A stretch of DNA of 54,656 nt, filler included, from Sphacelaria rigidula (GCA_964200075.2; 5 parts of 5 records of this genome joined end to end with filler, not necessarily neighbours in it), one strand, 5' to 3'. Positions 36,401 through 50,300 are shown, counted from the first letter of the whole stretch. The notes: generated by a model not told the origin, from the letters alone. Translations and numbers: made by a program.

Positions 36401-37292
36401 GTGTGAAGGACTCGCAGAGAAAGTAGGCCAAGTGTTCCGAGACTCGAGGGTCAGGAACGTTGGAACACTCATGACATAGACGCAAAAACCAAAACCAAGA
36501 CAAATACAAAACCAGGAGTACGCTTGGCAACAGCGAAAACAAAATATCAGAAACATGGAAGCAGAAAAAGAACACGTGGCGACCGTCCTTGTAAACGGCA
36601 GCGGTTATCGGGACGAAGCAAGTAGGGTCAAGTGTTTCAGCCCAGAAGATCAGAGCATTCCGGACCCCGCTTCGGCTACTATCGCCCATGGTAACATAAA
36701 ACCCAACGTGGAACACACACACACAAAGACACGTCACGACCGATCCTCAAGAGGGAGGTGGCAGTCGTGTGCGGAGCGATTGGACGAGAGCACAAGTATT
36801 CCAGACGGGGGGGTCAAATATGTCTGGCGCTCGATCCGGAAACTCTCGACCAAAAAACAACAACAACAAAAGGAAACAGCCTAATAAACCAAACAAGGCA
36901 AAGGTGCGTACAACGAAGGAAGGAAACAGAACAACTCGTGTTGATCGTTCTAGTATGCGGATTGGTCGTGAGTGCAGGGCGCGGACGACGAAGGTTCAAA
37001 ATGTTCCAGACTCGGGGTCAGGAATGTTTGTGGAACGGTCATCACGGAATACGTTGATATTTGAACCCAGGGATACCAACATATATATCAACTCAAGAAG
37101 AAATCAAAACAACACAAAACAAAAGAAAACACAAGAAGGTTCCAAGCCAAATATAAATACAAAATACAACAACCACTAGAGGAACGGGGCTACAACTGCA
37201 CGCGAGAAAAACAAAATGAAGGGGGGGGGGGGGGAGACACATGTTGTTCCAACGACGCTACGGCGTGAGACAAGCCATTCGAACATGGTACA

Positions 37293-40200
37293 CTACGCAA
37301 GGTGAGTGGGGAAGCAGACACGGATGCGGCACCATGAGCCTTCTGCATCACAAGCGGTGTCCGTGTTGCGTAGAACGGCTGTATCGAGATTGCCTTCGTC
37401 GTGTCGTTGGAGGCACCAGGATCCTCGGCGAGCAGTCGGCACCTCGGTGTAGTAGGCATCATCCAAGCAAATCTTAAGGGGGCTCGGGTCATCGAGGAAA
37501 CGGATAAAGTAGGAGTTGTCAGATGCAGGGTCGACCGAATGAATCTTACCAAACCACCACAGCGAATCCAAGGCCTTATACCAAAAATACGCCCCCTTCG
37601 GCAAACGTCGTCCGTGAAAAGCCTGCATGTATTGTGAACGCGAGAGGAGGCTATATCCTGTTACGACAAATCGCGCCGAGTGTTCTCGTGCCAGTTCTCG
37701 AGCGGCAGCTCCCTTGCGCATCGACCTATATCTCTTATTCAACGGGCGGTGTTGGACGGCATCCCCTACCCAGTGCAGCAATATTTCCCGACGAAAGTGA
37801 CGTAAGTCGACCTCGCGCTCCCATGTAACACGAATGATACCCTTCCAATAAGTTTGATACATTACCGCTATCTTACCTCCTCGACCTCGAACTAATTGAT
37901 GGCCCGAGATGCGATCTACCACCACTCGCTCAAGAGGGTCGTTGGCATCTTCAACCGTCAGGTGATACGGGGGGGCTTCGGCCACATAGTTGGTCAACAC
38001 GTACTGACTCAGACCCATTGGCAATTGTTTGGGCATGTCGGATGCATCATGCGGGGGCAGACACGGTTTAAACCTTGGCATCGATACTCGGTTTTTGGGT
38101 TCATCAGTGGGAAAACCCAAATACAAACGTTTCTCGCCTACCGGACTATTGTCGGGTGCGGCATCACGGGGCCCTACCGCAAAATCGGTTTAGGGGCCAG
38201 TCCAATTCAAGGATAGTATCGACTTCAACACCGTATCCACCGACGACATATTGGAGCTAGCCCCCTGAGTTACGGTCTTCACCTCATTGTACACCCATGC
38301 CCACTGATCTACCTTCCACACCGAACGGTTGTTGACCGCACCATCCAACACAGTGTTTGCCCTGGCTACTTTCGCTGCGTTGATCTGGTTCTGCTCGCGT
38401 ACCACCTCATACGCTAGACGAAGAAGATTACTGACAGAAATATGGTACTCCGCGATATTTCTATCCAAACTTTGACGGCCCCCGTAAGGTTTCCGTTCGA
38501 ACACCGTCAGTGACAATCTGGGCATACGACCAATATGAACTTCATTGGGAGCCAATCCCGTTGTGCGGCATCGACTGAATTGTTGTAGTTCATCTGAATA
38601 AGGGGCAAATGCAAGTCCCAGTCCGTTTGTCGTTCGTTGGTTACCGTTGCAAGCATTTGAGCCATCGTATGGTTCACTCGTTTGGTCCCACCGTTTGTGG
38701 ATGGATGGTATGAGCTTGTAAAAATACGATGGGCACCCAGGAGGTTACTGGTCGCAGCAGAAATGCCGGCGAAATGCGGGTCGTTATCGGACAACAATCG
38801 TTTGGGCATACTCCAATGCGGGATGTGCGTGTATACAAGAATATGGGCGGTACCTTCCGCAATATAGCTACTGGCAGCAACGGCGTGCATCACCGCATGT
38901 CGACTAAATATATCTGTGAACAACAAATATACTTCTGCCTCTGGGAGGTCCGAGTAACTCCCAGATGCGTCGATGCTTGCGAATGACACTCATGGAGAAC
39001 GCATGGGCGCAGCAGCATTGGCACATAAACTCGTGTGGGGTCATCACCTAACAAGTAGGCATGTTTACTTGTAGGTTAACCCACACGAAGGGGCGCTATG
39101 GGCCGACGAACTAAGAGAACGACACCACCATCATCCGTATGAAGCATACCTTTCCGCGATAGTCCAGCAACTTCATTCTGTGTGGGGGCTTTGTGGTTTC
39201 CAACGGGCAAGAGGAATTCGGTTGCTAGAAAAGGAGACGGGCAGTCTTTGGGTAGATACTTCATAGCCGCTCTACAAGCAGGTTCAGCTTATTGTTCCCT
39301 GGCCCAATCGACGTGGGAGAAAAGGGTCAAACGTTCCTCAAATAGACTATCCGATGGGTTGTCCAAAATGAAGGGGTTCGTGTCACGGCGGTGTTGACTC
39401 GAATGAGGGATATGTGGGTCATGGGCGGGGGGGGTCTGTTAGTTTACTTTCAAGCGGAACATTGTCTTCGAATCCTACGTCGACTAGCGCATCGGATGAT
39501 GAGGTATCAGTGGGTACATCATCACCGGGGAAGGGGGGCAAAGCCGAGGGCTCGGATATGGAAGGAAGGGATGCCGTGGATGGAGTCGATCTTCTGGGGT
39601 CTTGCGCCGCGGTGGTTGAGGGGGCGCAAGGAAAGTATCGGGCACCGGGATGGAAAGGCTTGGGCCAAAGACCGCCAGGGTGGCGGCCGTATTGGCGGCC
39701 CGCCGTCCCCGGGTTCTATTCGAGATGAGATCTCGGACTTGAACCGGGAGGACGAAGTCAGTACAAGACGGTTCTACATCTGCAGCACAAACCATACGAT
39801 GACCAAGTGGAGGGAATGATCATACCAGCTCGGGTTTGTACTAGCTCCACTCCAAACTGAAGACAACGATTGAGGTGGCATACTGCCTAGTACAGAAGCG
39901 TGAGCTGTAGTAGTCAGCCCATCGATGACAACTTCCGAGTTGTTTTTCAGTGAGAGTGGTGTGTATATTCCGCTATGACCGCTTTTGCTAATTAAATATA
40001 CAATGTCTTCGGTGGGATCCGTAATACGTCCCAAGGCAGGACTGTCGAGGTTTTCCAAAGACGAATGATCTGTATAAATCACGAACGGAATGTCATACGA
40101 GTACTGACGGAGACGTCTCACGCCCCAAACAATCGCGCTAGCCTCTTCCTCCATGACCGACCAGTTTTGTTTGTTTAGATTGGTGGTTCGACTCCGATAT

Positions 40201-41000
40201 ACAATTGGGCGAATATTAGCATCTGGTTGTTTTTCTCGAACGTGACAATTTTGGAGGAGTCCGTATAAAGTCGGAGAGGACGTGAACCATTTTCAGCGGC
40301 CGACCAGTCTTGGAAAGCCAAGACTGATGGTCGCGAAAGTGTGTCAGGCAGTTGATGTACTGTTTTCTTCATTTCCGACGTAAATGCGAATGTCACTTCT
40401 TATTCACTCGAGAAGGGGGGTGAGAGGTTTGAAGATTCGGGCTAGGTTCGGCAAATACTGTCGGTAGTAGCTCAGACCGCGAAGCAGGGAGCGCAGTTGA
40501 GACGTATCCCGTGGCATGGGCACATCTGCAAGTGCGGCAACCTTGTTGAGGTTTGGATTACGACCATCAGGAGTGACACAGTGACTCAGGAATTCGATGC
40601 TAGTCGCTCCAACGCGGGATTTGGACGGAGCAAGTTTCAAGTTGTGCTGTTCGAAGAGAGCGAAGAAAGACACCGAGTGCTCGGCATGTTCGGAAGTGTG
40701 CTACCGTGTATTACCACATCGTTGGGGTACATATGGCACTTGGAGAATCCATCACTCACCAAAACAGTCCCACGTTAAACCGCCCCCGGGGCGTCGGCGG
40801 CACCTTGTGGTGTTACCAGCCATTCGTAAGCCTGACGGTGTACAACACGCCGTCAGTTCTTTAGATTGCGAGTCCATCACAAGTTGGTAGTAAGCTGACG
40901 CACTACGTTCGTCGTGAAGGGAGGCATCATCCATGATTGCTGTTCCACTGAATAGACTGATCCAAATTCTGGCAAGAAATCTGTAGACAAACCGTGCTTG
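37293..41000 (-). mobile_element. pol: Decayed Ty3/gypsy pol: RT - RNase H - integrase - chromo-like - Tudor-like
   Basis: RT: SAYYQL..TACCTPSG..PQG..MYPND (YxDD decayed)..NLKLAPSK..LRSLLRGLSYYR. RNase H: LYTDSS..EASAIVWGVRRLRQY..YTDHSSL. Integrase: HECH..THLGV, then an apparent deletion, FTDIFSR, LSDND, YHPSTNGGTKRVN (E>K), WTGP. Domain order is gypsy-type. Confidence 0.93.
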
Positions 41001-43613
41001 TGATTGTGAGCGGCTGCGCTGAACTACACACGCTGATGACCCTTCGGAGCAAGATTTCTATCCGGAGGTAGGTTGGGGCACGGAGTGTCGTTTGCAGTAT
41101 TGGTGAATAGGTAGAGTGTTGAAATTCGTTTACTGTACGGATGGACGATGCCTGGGAAGGGCAGTTGTCGTGACTGGCCGCGACAGCTGTTGCGTTTGGT
41201 TTGAGATACCTTGGTCGGCCGCAAGAAGTAGCGAAGCGTCGGTTTGCGAAGCTGGCGAGGTTACAGCATCTGGTACGAGGGGGTGTTATGGCAAAAGGTG
41301 AAGGCAACTTGGCTACACTCAAGTCAATTCGCTACCCGTGATAGTTGGGGATAACATTGGTAAAATAGGGGACGAGCGGTCAAGCGTGGACAGCTCGTCG
41401 GTCACTACGCTATGTTTCCCTCGTGATAAAGACTCAGACGGGGGGTGTTCATGACAAGGATGCGAACGCCCAATTAGCAGCGAGGTATCTGACCCAAGAG
41501 ATGACAACGATATTTTAGTGGTGGGTTCTAACATAGTATGTGAGGGGTCGGCAGGGAGCAGTGTTGATCTGTTCGAAATCTGGGAAACACCGGCCTGGTC
41601 GACAGTGTCGTCTTCATCTAATGAAACCCACACGCGTTCACGACTTCGGTGGACGGGTGCAACTGCATCATCAGGAATATCTACAGGATCATCCGGAGGA
41701 GCCCGCCGAGGGTGACGCTTATAGCGCACCAAAGTTTCGGCTGCTCCGGGGGCTGTTGGGAATTGGTAAAGGACAGTCCGCCCTCGGTCACGCTCGTGGC
41801 GCTTCACCCGCGCTGTGCTTGGGGTTCCTTCCCAACCCGCTGAGCGACGGAAAGCCGGGTTCGACACGGCTGCGCTCCGTGCTCGGACAATTACGCTCAC
41901 CAGATAAAGGGGGACCGGGCACCGACGTCATTTCGTTTGTAGGTGTAACAGGGGTCGGCTTGGCACCTAAGCATATTTGGGGGCTGGTGTGTGGCCTTGA
42001 TTTTATTGTCCTGCAATAAACGGTCGCAGGGGCAACAGCTACCGCGACGAAAGATGTACCTGCTTCGGGGGCGGGTGGTGTTACACTACATGACGGCCGA
42101 TCCCGCGAGGAGAAAGGATTCAACTGGCTATGATTAATACCACTTGGAGGTAAAACTAGGTGATCAGCTCTAGAATTATAACACTGGGGTTGGTCATTGC
42201 GCAATTGGGAGTCATGCAACGATGCACGGGATTCTGCTGTCATGGACCCCATCATGACGGTCTGGCGAGCCCCGTGTACCTGCACCACAAACCTGAACCT
42301 GTGCCGTACGACATTGATTCAGTTCTGTGATGTGCGTCTACTGGCCGAGCGAAAGAAAAGGGGGGGCACTTCTAATCGATGGTTCCCTAATGTGAGCCTG
42401 TGGCAGACATCGAGGAATGAAGGTGAAGTGTATTCAAAACGGGCAGAGGACGGCGGCCTAATTTTGAGGCAGCGGTACACTCTGAATCGCCCCGCTGTAT
42501 GCATATTTGAAAACGCGGGGTCTGGTAATTTCCAAAACATCGTCAAGTGGCGCGTGAGCATCAGTGGAGGGATAGAAATCGATCTGGCGGGGCTCAACCG
42601 TTGTGCAAGTCCAATCACAAGGGGGCGTGTGCCGTCTTATGATTGACCCGGTGCATATGGGTGAAAAGCGCCCGAACGATATATATGGGTAGACTTGGGC
42701 CGAAATCCTTTGCGCCCGAGCCTAAAAATACGACTGATCGCACTGTAGGTTGAGGTTGCTATGATCACTACCGTGGTTACAATCAAATCGGGGGTGGTTG
42801 TTTGAACGGCGCGAATCACGATGTTGAGGGTGGCGGTTTTAACGCATACGCCCATATTGTGAGGATTTGATCCAAGACAAATGATCTGAGTACACCGAAC
42901 GCGTTCGTGAAAAGCTTCTCACAGATGCGCATCAAATATATGGATGCATAATCAGCCGCGGTATACCCAGTATTTCCATGAAAGCAAATGCCACAACATT
43001 GACATGTATCCTCACAGGGGCGGATCTAGTCAGTTCGAAGGAGGGGGTCGACGTAACGGTTCCACATCGGCGTTTCGATAAGGTCCGTGGACGTACTGAT
43101 TTGATGTGCTCATCGCCAATTTCATGGTGCGAAAAGCCATGGAGAGAATCGACTGGTGATCACGACGGTGGTTGGTACCGACGCTGAAGACATGACCTAA
43201 CCCTCTGACTTATTCCATATATGATCCATTTCAGCCAGCGAGACGGAACAGTGGAAACCACCCGTGCTGCTGAAATTTGAATCAAGAAGGGTAAGAAAGT
43301 AAGAAAAAATCATGATTCCGTCGTTCTCGTAGAAGTTTGAATGTCAGAGGTTGGCTGCAGTAGATGGGTTTTGTACTATGCAGTTTAGTGCACACCGCAC
43401 ATTTACCCGGCCTGCCACCTAATCAATGAGATGTTGGGGCGAGGTGAACGTGAAAAATTAGGCAAAGATTGCAGGAACCTCGGGAAACAAAATTGGGTTG
43501 TGCGACACAATCTCAAGCGTGCCTGGCATAAAGTGACTCTTTCATGCAGTGCTGTATAAAAATGACTTGAGGGTCGACGAGGGAAAGAGACTGCTAAATT
43601 CCCTTCGCGATAG

Positions 43614-43706
43614 AAAATAAAGGCAAGCACCGCAGAAGGAAGGTGGGGTACGAAAAACAAACAAAAAAGAAAAAGGTCCTGTGTTGACCTTCCTCCTGTG
43701 TGACCC
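43614..43706 (-). repeat. Second copy of the SINE-like repeat, cut by contig end
   Basis: Matches 21906-22000. Confidence 0.6.
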
Positions 43707-43806
43707 NNNNNNNNNNNNNNNNNNNNNNNNNNNNNNNNNNNNNNNNNNNNTTAATTAATTAANNNNNNNNNNNNNNNNNNNNNNNNNNNNNNNNNNNNNN
43801 NNNNNN
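43707..43806. other. Artificial contig spacer
   Basis: 44 N + TTAATTAATTAA + 44 N. Confidence 0.97.
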
Positions 43807-45390
43807 TATTGAGGCGGGTTGGTTGGAAAAGGCTGCTACTGTGTTGTGACAACTCAAGGTAGGATTTGCTGTCTGGCATGTAGGTGCGCAGTGATGACAC
43901 GATAGGCTTGGCGATTGCCATATACTTTGTTGGATATTAGAGCAGATGGTTGGGTTTGGTTGTATAATCACGCTGCCTACGTTGCATGCTGCTATCGCGT
44001 TGTGTCTGGCAAGGAGTGCCTTTTCCAGATCTTGTTTCGACTGTCCCATGAGGGCCCGGAGTTCAGCGATGGACGCTGCACGGGACGTATTGCGTGAGGT
44101 AGGCTTGGTGGTGGGTGTTGAGTCTAGGTACGCAGTGCTTCTGTTTCCTAACAGCTTCACAAAGTCGAAGAAAATTCTCTCAGCTACATTCCCTCTGTTT
44201 GTCATTCTCGCTCCCAATGAATCTTGTGCTTCTACCCGCAAGGGTCGTAGTTCTCGTCACACTCTCATCACCTGGTGGTGCATGATCGATTGCAGGCTAG
44301 ACTGGTCCAGGGCAGAGGGGATGAGGAGTCTGAGAGCTCGTTCAATTAGATCATTGAGGTGGGTCTCGGAAATATATCTCCAAAAATAGATCTCTTCGGA
44401 TGCATGAGGCATTTCAGAGTCTACAGTGAAGGCTTTGTAGAGCAGCACTAGGCGGCGTGTGGCGGCCGACCAAGCTTCCCCTTGTTTGATCGTTATGTTA
44501 TCTAGGTCGAGTCGCGCGACCTCTGTTGCTCCGGGTTGAAGGGCGGATTCCCGTACTAGTTTACGGAGCCATTCTGTTACTGAGACTTTGTCGGGTTGTC
44601 GCGTTATGAATGACCCGTGGATAGTGGGGACTTCCACAGCTCTACCGCTTTGTGGTTCGTCGTGAGTGCCCAGATAGTCAGCCAGTAGTTCGCCAAGTAG
44701 CTCTTTAAGGGAAGAAGACATCCCGTCCAGAAGTGGGCGGTAAACTCCTGTTTGAGTGTTGGTGTCATTAGGGAGGGCCCAAATCCCTTGGTCCATGTTT
44801 CTGAGAGTCTTAGCTAGCTTGTCAGCGAATATAAGTGCGCATGTAGTGTGTGATGTTTCTACTTCGCCTCCACCTAGTCCGACAAAAACCGGCTCTGAAG
44901 CATTTCCTAGCTTACTGTGTATGCGGCGGATGACTATACTGCGTGCGTCTGGAGATAGTTTATGGATGTATGTCATACCTGAGTTCCCCTGTGAGGCGAC
45001 GTTGGCGCCCGGCTGGAGTGTCTGTTGTTGTGCCGACGATCCGCCTCCCTTGTTGGCTATGGTTACTGGTACGGTTGGTGGTTGCGCGTACCCCTGGGGG
45101 TGCTGGTTAGCAGCTTGTGGATAAGGGGGTGGTGGAGGTGGAGGCGACACTACATTTCCTTGTTGTGGATGGGTTACTTCCTGTGCTGGTTGTTGCTGGG
45201 GAGGGGGGTAAGGAGCAGGGGCACCATGTTGTCCTACGGGGGCGATATACCAACCACCACCGGCAGGCGGGGGGAGTGGTTGGGCTGCCGGGGCCGGTAT
45301 TTGGACTGGTTGAGCCTGGGGGGGTGCGCGCTGGTAGGCTACCCCCACTTGTCCGATCGAAGTGGCATGCGCGTACATGTTCATGCTCAC
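43807..45390 (-). mobile_element. gag-like ORF of a retroelement (one in-frame TGA at 44257-44259; runs off the contig)
   Basis: Intronless frame with a Pro/Gln-rich N terminus, then a helical region with LDNITIKQGEAWSAATRRL resembling the gag QxxxE motif. The 377-aa and 160-aa ORFs share one frame. Confidence 0.55.
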
Positions 45391-46190
45391 CTGTGGGGAG
45401 TAGCGTGAGGATGTGCGTATGGTTTTTCAGTGCATGAGTGTGTATGCTACGCATGCTCTGTGGGGTTGTTACCTAAATCTATGTCGAGGGTGTACCGAAC
45501 GGCGTAGGAGACGCCGTTGAAAAAAAAAAAGAATAAGTACAGACCGATAATAAACCAAGTGGTAGTTACTCGCTAATTTATCGAGGTGCTAAAATCAAAT
45601 GAACTGAAAACTTCGCCTGAAAAAAAAAATGAATATTGACGATACAAAATAACATTAGTAACACTTGGATCCCAGTCGGTGCTTACCCAGTAGGTGAAGT
45701 ATACCTTGAGTTTATGTTGGGCGTGAATCGACGTACAACAAAATGCGGGCAAAGAAGAGAAAGAAAGGAAGAAAAAAGTGTGGGGCTGAAGACCAAATGT
45801 GTAGAAACAAATGAAGAGAAGGGAAAAAAAAATGAAACGCTGGTTGATGGTCGCTTGCGGTTAAACGGTCCTGAATGACGATTTATTTTGTGCGGGACAT
45901 GAGCCTTTCCCCCCCCTTTTTTTTTTGGGGGGGGGGGTCCGTCGGTATCTATAGTCAGTTGACTGGGTTGTTGATACATAATGTTGTCATGTTAGGTGAC
46001 AATATTGACTGGCATTTCAGGGTTGTTGTTGATGGAGTGAGTGAGCATCGTGTTTCTGCATCAGAGGTGGTCACCTGTCTGTTCAGGGGAGAACAAAGAC
46101 TGGGGAACATGTTTGGTTACCGATCATGCGTAAAAGTAAAAAAGAAAAAGGACTGGGCTCATATCTCGCATAAAAAAAATCTTCATTAGT

Positions 46191-46207
46191 TCCGATTAGT
46201 CTCGCCA
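46191..46207 (-). promoter_or_regulatory. Possible primer-binding site (TGGCGAG...) after a ...ACA LTR-like end
   Basis: Minus strand reads ..ggaca|ac|TGGCGAGACTAATCGGA, ~800 bp upstream of the gag-like ORF. The complement ends CTCGCCA, like a tRNA-Arg 3' end. Confidence 0.35.
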
Positions 46208-47389
46208 GTTGTCCATGTATCAACGGTTCGGGTAATATTGTGCGCCGAGAATTTGCGCGCGGGGAGTCATGTACTTTATGGGGTACGGGGTGATCAAGTG
46301 TGGCTGTAGTCCAGAGTCGTGCGGGTCAGTAACCCGTGTATTACCGCGGGTCGGACCCTACATCCATGGTGGGGGTCTCTGCGCATTGCCCGTTGTTTCT
46401 TGTAGTTCATCGATGTGCCGAGAGCATATATATATAACTACAATCATGCTTTCCCATAAACAATGCTGACCCCCGGAAGTAGGTAATTACTTCGTACCCT
46501 TGTGAACTGACGGGAGACCGATCCATGTATCGTCAATAATGTTGTTGTGAGTGTAGAAGTGTACGAGCTACCTCTGTGTCAAGGTAATGTACATGTAAAC
46601 ATGCGGTGATGATCACACTTCGATTGTAGTGACAGCATAAAACGTTACACTGATATAATCGTCGAGTGTTTCAACGGGGTAACTGTAGAACCACCATCAT
46701 CGTTGGCAAGCAATTCATTTTTGGAGTCAACGGCTCCCAAAGTAGTCTACTTTAGGGCTCTCGGGTCAGTCCGTGTCTTCACAATTGATCCTGCCCGGGA
46801 GAAGACGACTTGCCTTGGGTGCGCGGATTGTCGATCGTTATGTCCATCATGTCATGTGGTAAGAGCGATGTGGGTGCTCACATGCATGATGGATATTTAG
46901 TCGCATCAGGAGAGGGACTTGCGCTACATGAGAGGCCAGAAAAAAAAGTACGGCGTGGGTGTCGCGTGTGGACAAACAGTGACGGATGTCGCGTTTTTTT
47001 TTTTTCCTGCGGTCTATGACAAAAACAATTTCCAGTGGTAGCGGCTGTAGTTTATTTCGAGCATTGCATGTGAGGTTTGTTTCGGAATTTGGAACATTAT
47101 TTCATTTGATGGAAATCCCAAGTGTTTATCTTATACAAATCATGCATAGGTTACACGTCAGGTCTGCCGTAGTGTAGTTTCATACGAAAGTTGATCTAAA
47201 CCGCCACCCGGAAAACATATTTTAATGACTCGCACAAAAGAAAGAAACACGTGCATTCGTTGTGTTCAGTCCAACCTAGCAACCCGCTGCTTTACATATG
47301 CCTGGGTAGTGTTCTAGTTTTCAGGCCCTCGGTACAATATCCCAAAATCTACTGTGCTCGTACAGCTCTCACCATGCTGCGCTGTATTA

Positions 47390-50300
47390 TGCGTGTAATC
47401 TATAGTTGCACCCCACCTGTTTGACTTGCCCGTGTTTGCTGAGGCGAAGCGCATTGCTTCGTGGTATCAAGTCGCATGCATGTATTGAGTGTTTTACAGA
47501 CCGTCTGCGGGAGAATCCCGCGAAAAAAACGATCCGCTCTGGCACACAAAAAAAAGTGCGGACCCTACTGGGCAAGTTGCTCAGGCGGGCACCTGCGAAC
47601 ACCTCTGGCGGTGGGTTGTACCTTGTGCTGCTGCGAGGCCGACCGCTGTTACCATCTATCACTGATGGTACAGCAGCTTCATGCTGGGTTAATCTGTTTG
47701 CCTCACACTGCAATGCCTTATGCGTCTTTGGTGAAACAGTAGTATACTCCAATAACCGAGTGGGTGCACATACAGCTGCACCCATGTGATATTGTTTTCC
47801 ACCTCGTTTCGGCAGAGTTTTGATGTCTCAAAAACTGCGAGCATGGCGTGCAACCAAGATTGCTCACGCACGTTTCAACGCACCTCGCGCCGCGTCTGCC
47901 GTCGAGAGTTTGGATTTATTACAGCATAATGGAGACTACCGCATGTGAAAGGCAGGATGAAGCAGTTAATTGTTTCTTTGACTCGGGGCGCAAATGCTTG
48001 CACACCATGGCGGTTGAGAGGTTGTAACAAACATACAGTGCGTAAAAAGTCCACTTCACTGCTGGACGGCTGATTGAGCGATGCAAAGCCTTGTGTAATG
48101 GGGTTTGCCATTCATCAATCTAGTCAGAGTCTTCGAAACATTGTTGTCCAGTTGCATCGTACAACTCAAGGATGCTGCGCATCGTTCGACGCATTGAGGA
48201 AATGAGAGCGGATGTAAACTGACCAGAGTCTTCATTGTCTGCAGCAGGCATGGTTTTGATATTCCAAAGTTTCTTGACATCTATCTGTAAATACTCATGC
48301 TTGATTGCAACGACATGAGACGCTTCTCTACGAGTATCGGAAGCGGCTTTATCAGCGACAGCTTGTTGTTTGGCTGCGGCGGCGGCAGCAAGTGACCGAG
48401 CCGAGATAGAAGACAATGGGCGAGCCGAATTGTCACTATCATTATCAGTAAGACCTAGGAGGCGAGCAGACGCAGCCGCCAAAGGGAGCGTTAGTTGCCT
48501 GACGGCCGGTGAGGGCCATACGGATCGCGTGGAGGCGTGTTAGCGGTGCCTGGCAGTCGATGAACTTGAAGAGTGATTACCAGACCGTTTGTGGCTGCCC
48601 CGGGTTGTGCGTCGACCGTTGTTGTTGTTGCGGTGGGCCCCTTGGCCACGGCGTGGTGCGACGCCGGGCTGGTCGTCGTCGAGATCGTCGTCATTACGAC
48701 GGTGGTGGGAGGGATGCGGTGTGATCCAGTCATCAGCATGGTCGTGAGGTAGCGTGTTATGGGCGGCACGCATGGCAATGAAATGGGCGGCGACGGCGGT
48801 CTCGTAAGTGGGGTGATTGTCCCCGGTACCAATTGTGAGGTAGATTACGAGGTGTTCTATGGTGAGGGCGACCGGATCGTTGTTCGGCAGTTGTCCCCCT
48901 TGCTGAAGGAAAGGGACGATCACGCTGTTGATCGGCAGAGTAAGCGAGCGCCAAGCCTCCTCGGAGACGCGGAGAACGTTCTTGCGGTGGTACTTTCCCG
49001 AACGTTGGTGTAGCGTCTAAGAAAAGCAAGACCGTTCGCTGCCCTGAAGGCGGAACCAAGGTGTGAGGGCAGGGGGCGCCGAGGCCTGAAGGTCCTGCGG
49101 TGGCGATGGTGGGGTGCGCGCAGGCGAGGCGGTAGGAGCCGCAGCAGCAGCGGGTGGGCGCGAGGGCTGGCGCGCTTCCGCCGAGTTGGAAATGACGGCA
49201 GAAGGTGCAGTCGCTGGCTCGCTCGGCGTGGTCCTCAAAAGAGGAAGGTGTTGCTCCTGTTCTAGAGAGCATATAGCCGTGGTGGCAGTCTCCGTGGCCG
49301 TGATGCATTGACGCAAACAATGTTCATGGCGTCGAATGAAGTCGCGCATCTGGTCGAACGCAGCGAGGCGTTCGGTTAGAGTCCGTTGAGCCGCCGGCTG
49401 GCGGCTGGTCGCCGAATCGACCGCCTGTTGTTGGCGCGTCAGACGTACCGAGAGGTCGTCCTGGACAAGACGATGGCCAGCGTCATCCGCCGTTTGACGG
49501 GATGAGGGTGGCGCAGGGTGCGTGGCCGGGTGCAGGGTGCGGTATTCCTCGAGAATCTGCTCCTGATCGGAGCCGGGTCCACGCAACCAGAGTCAGGGAA
49601 GAAGGCCCGGCGGGCAATGCCCGACGCCCAACAGGGGACGGTCGTCCGTGAAAGCATCTGGTGCAGGCGCCGGAGCCGAACTCGTGGCCGGAGTATCTTG
49701 CGGCGAAGGGTCCGATCCCGCCGGAGCGGCCGTGACAGGGGTGTCACCCTAATCCGCCGTGGCGGGAGCCGCAGTTGTCACCGCGCGGGGAGCGGAGGGC
49801 TTGACAAGGGTGCTTTCTGCATCCGTATCGATGTCTGCAGCCGTAGTAGGTGCAGGGGCTGCGATGGGAGCGGTAGTCGAAGTTGCCGGGGCGTCAGTCA
49901 TGATGGAAGCAGATAGCAGGTATCGACGGAAATCTGGGATTTGTCGTTTCATCGCACGCACAGTGGCAGCATCAGGATGGGGCGGAAGGGCACGGTTAGT
50001 GCTGTGTCCGTCGCGTAAGGGTGCGTGGATGTCAGTCAACGAAGCATTCGTGGGCAGCCGTGAACTCACGCGGGTCTGATCGACAGATTTGGGTCGTGAG
50101 GATCCCGTGGTCGATGATAATCCTGATAGCAATGCACGTACGTCATGAACATGAGTGGTGCAATCACCATGGTGGACAGTGTCGTCACCATCCATATCCG
50201 AGTCAAAGGGAACATCTGAGGCCAAACGTTCGTCATCATGGTCTGCAGTCGCTGGTACAGAGGCCTGATGGTCCACACTACTGTCAAAGTGAACATGATC

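Noticed and set aside
10898-43762. TTAATTAATTAA motif recurring about every 10,951 bp
   Set aside because: It is an assembly linker; the periodicity reflects size sorting of contigs.
44257-44259. Programmed stop-codon readthrough in the gag-like ORF
   Set aside because: The context TGA CGA GAA is not a recognised readthrough signal; a CGA>TGA point mutation is simpler.
37293-45390. gag (43807-45390) and pol (37293-41000) as one LTR element
   Set aside because: They share an orientation but lie on different contigs joined by an artificial spacer.
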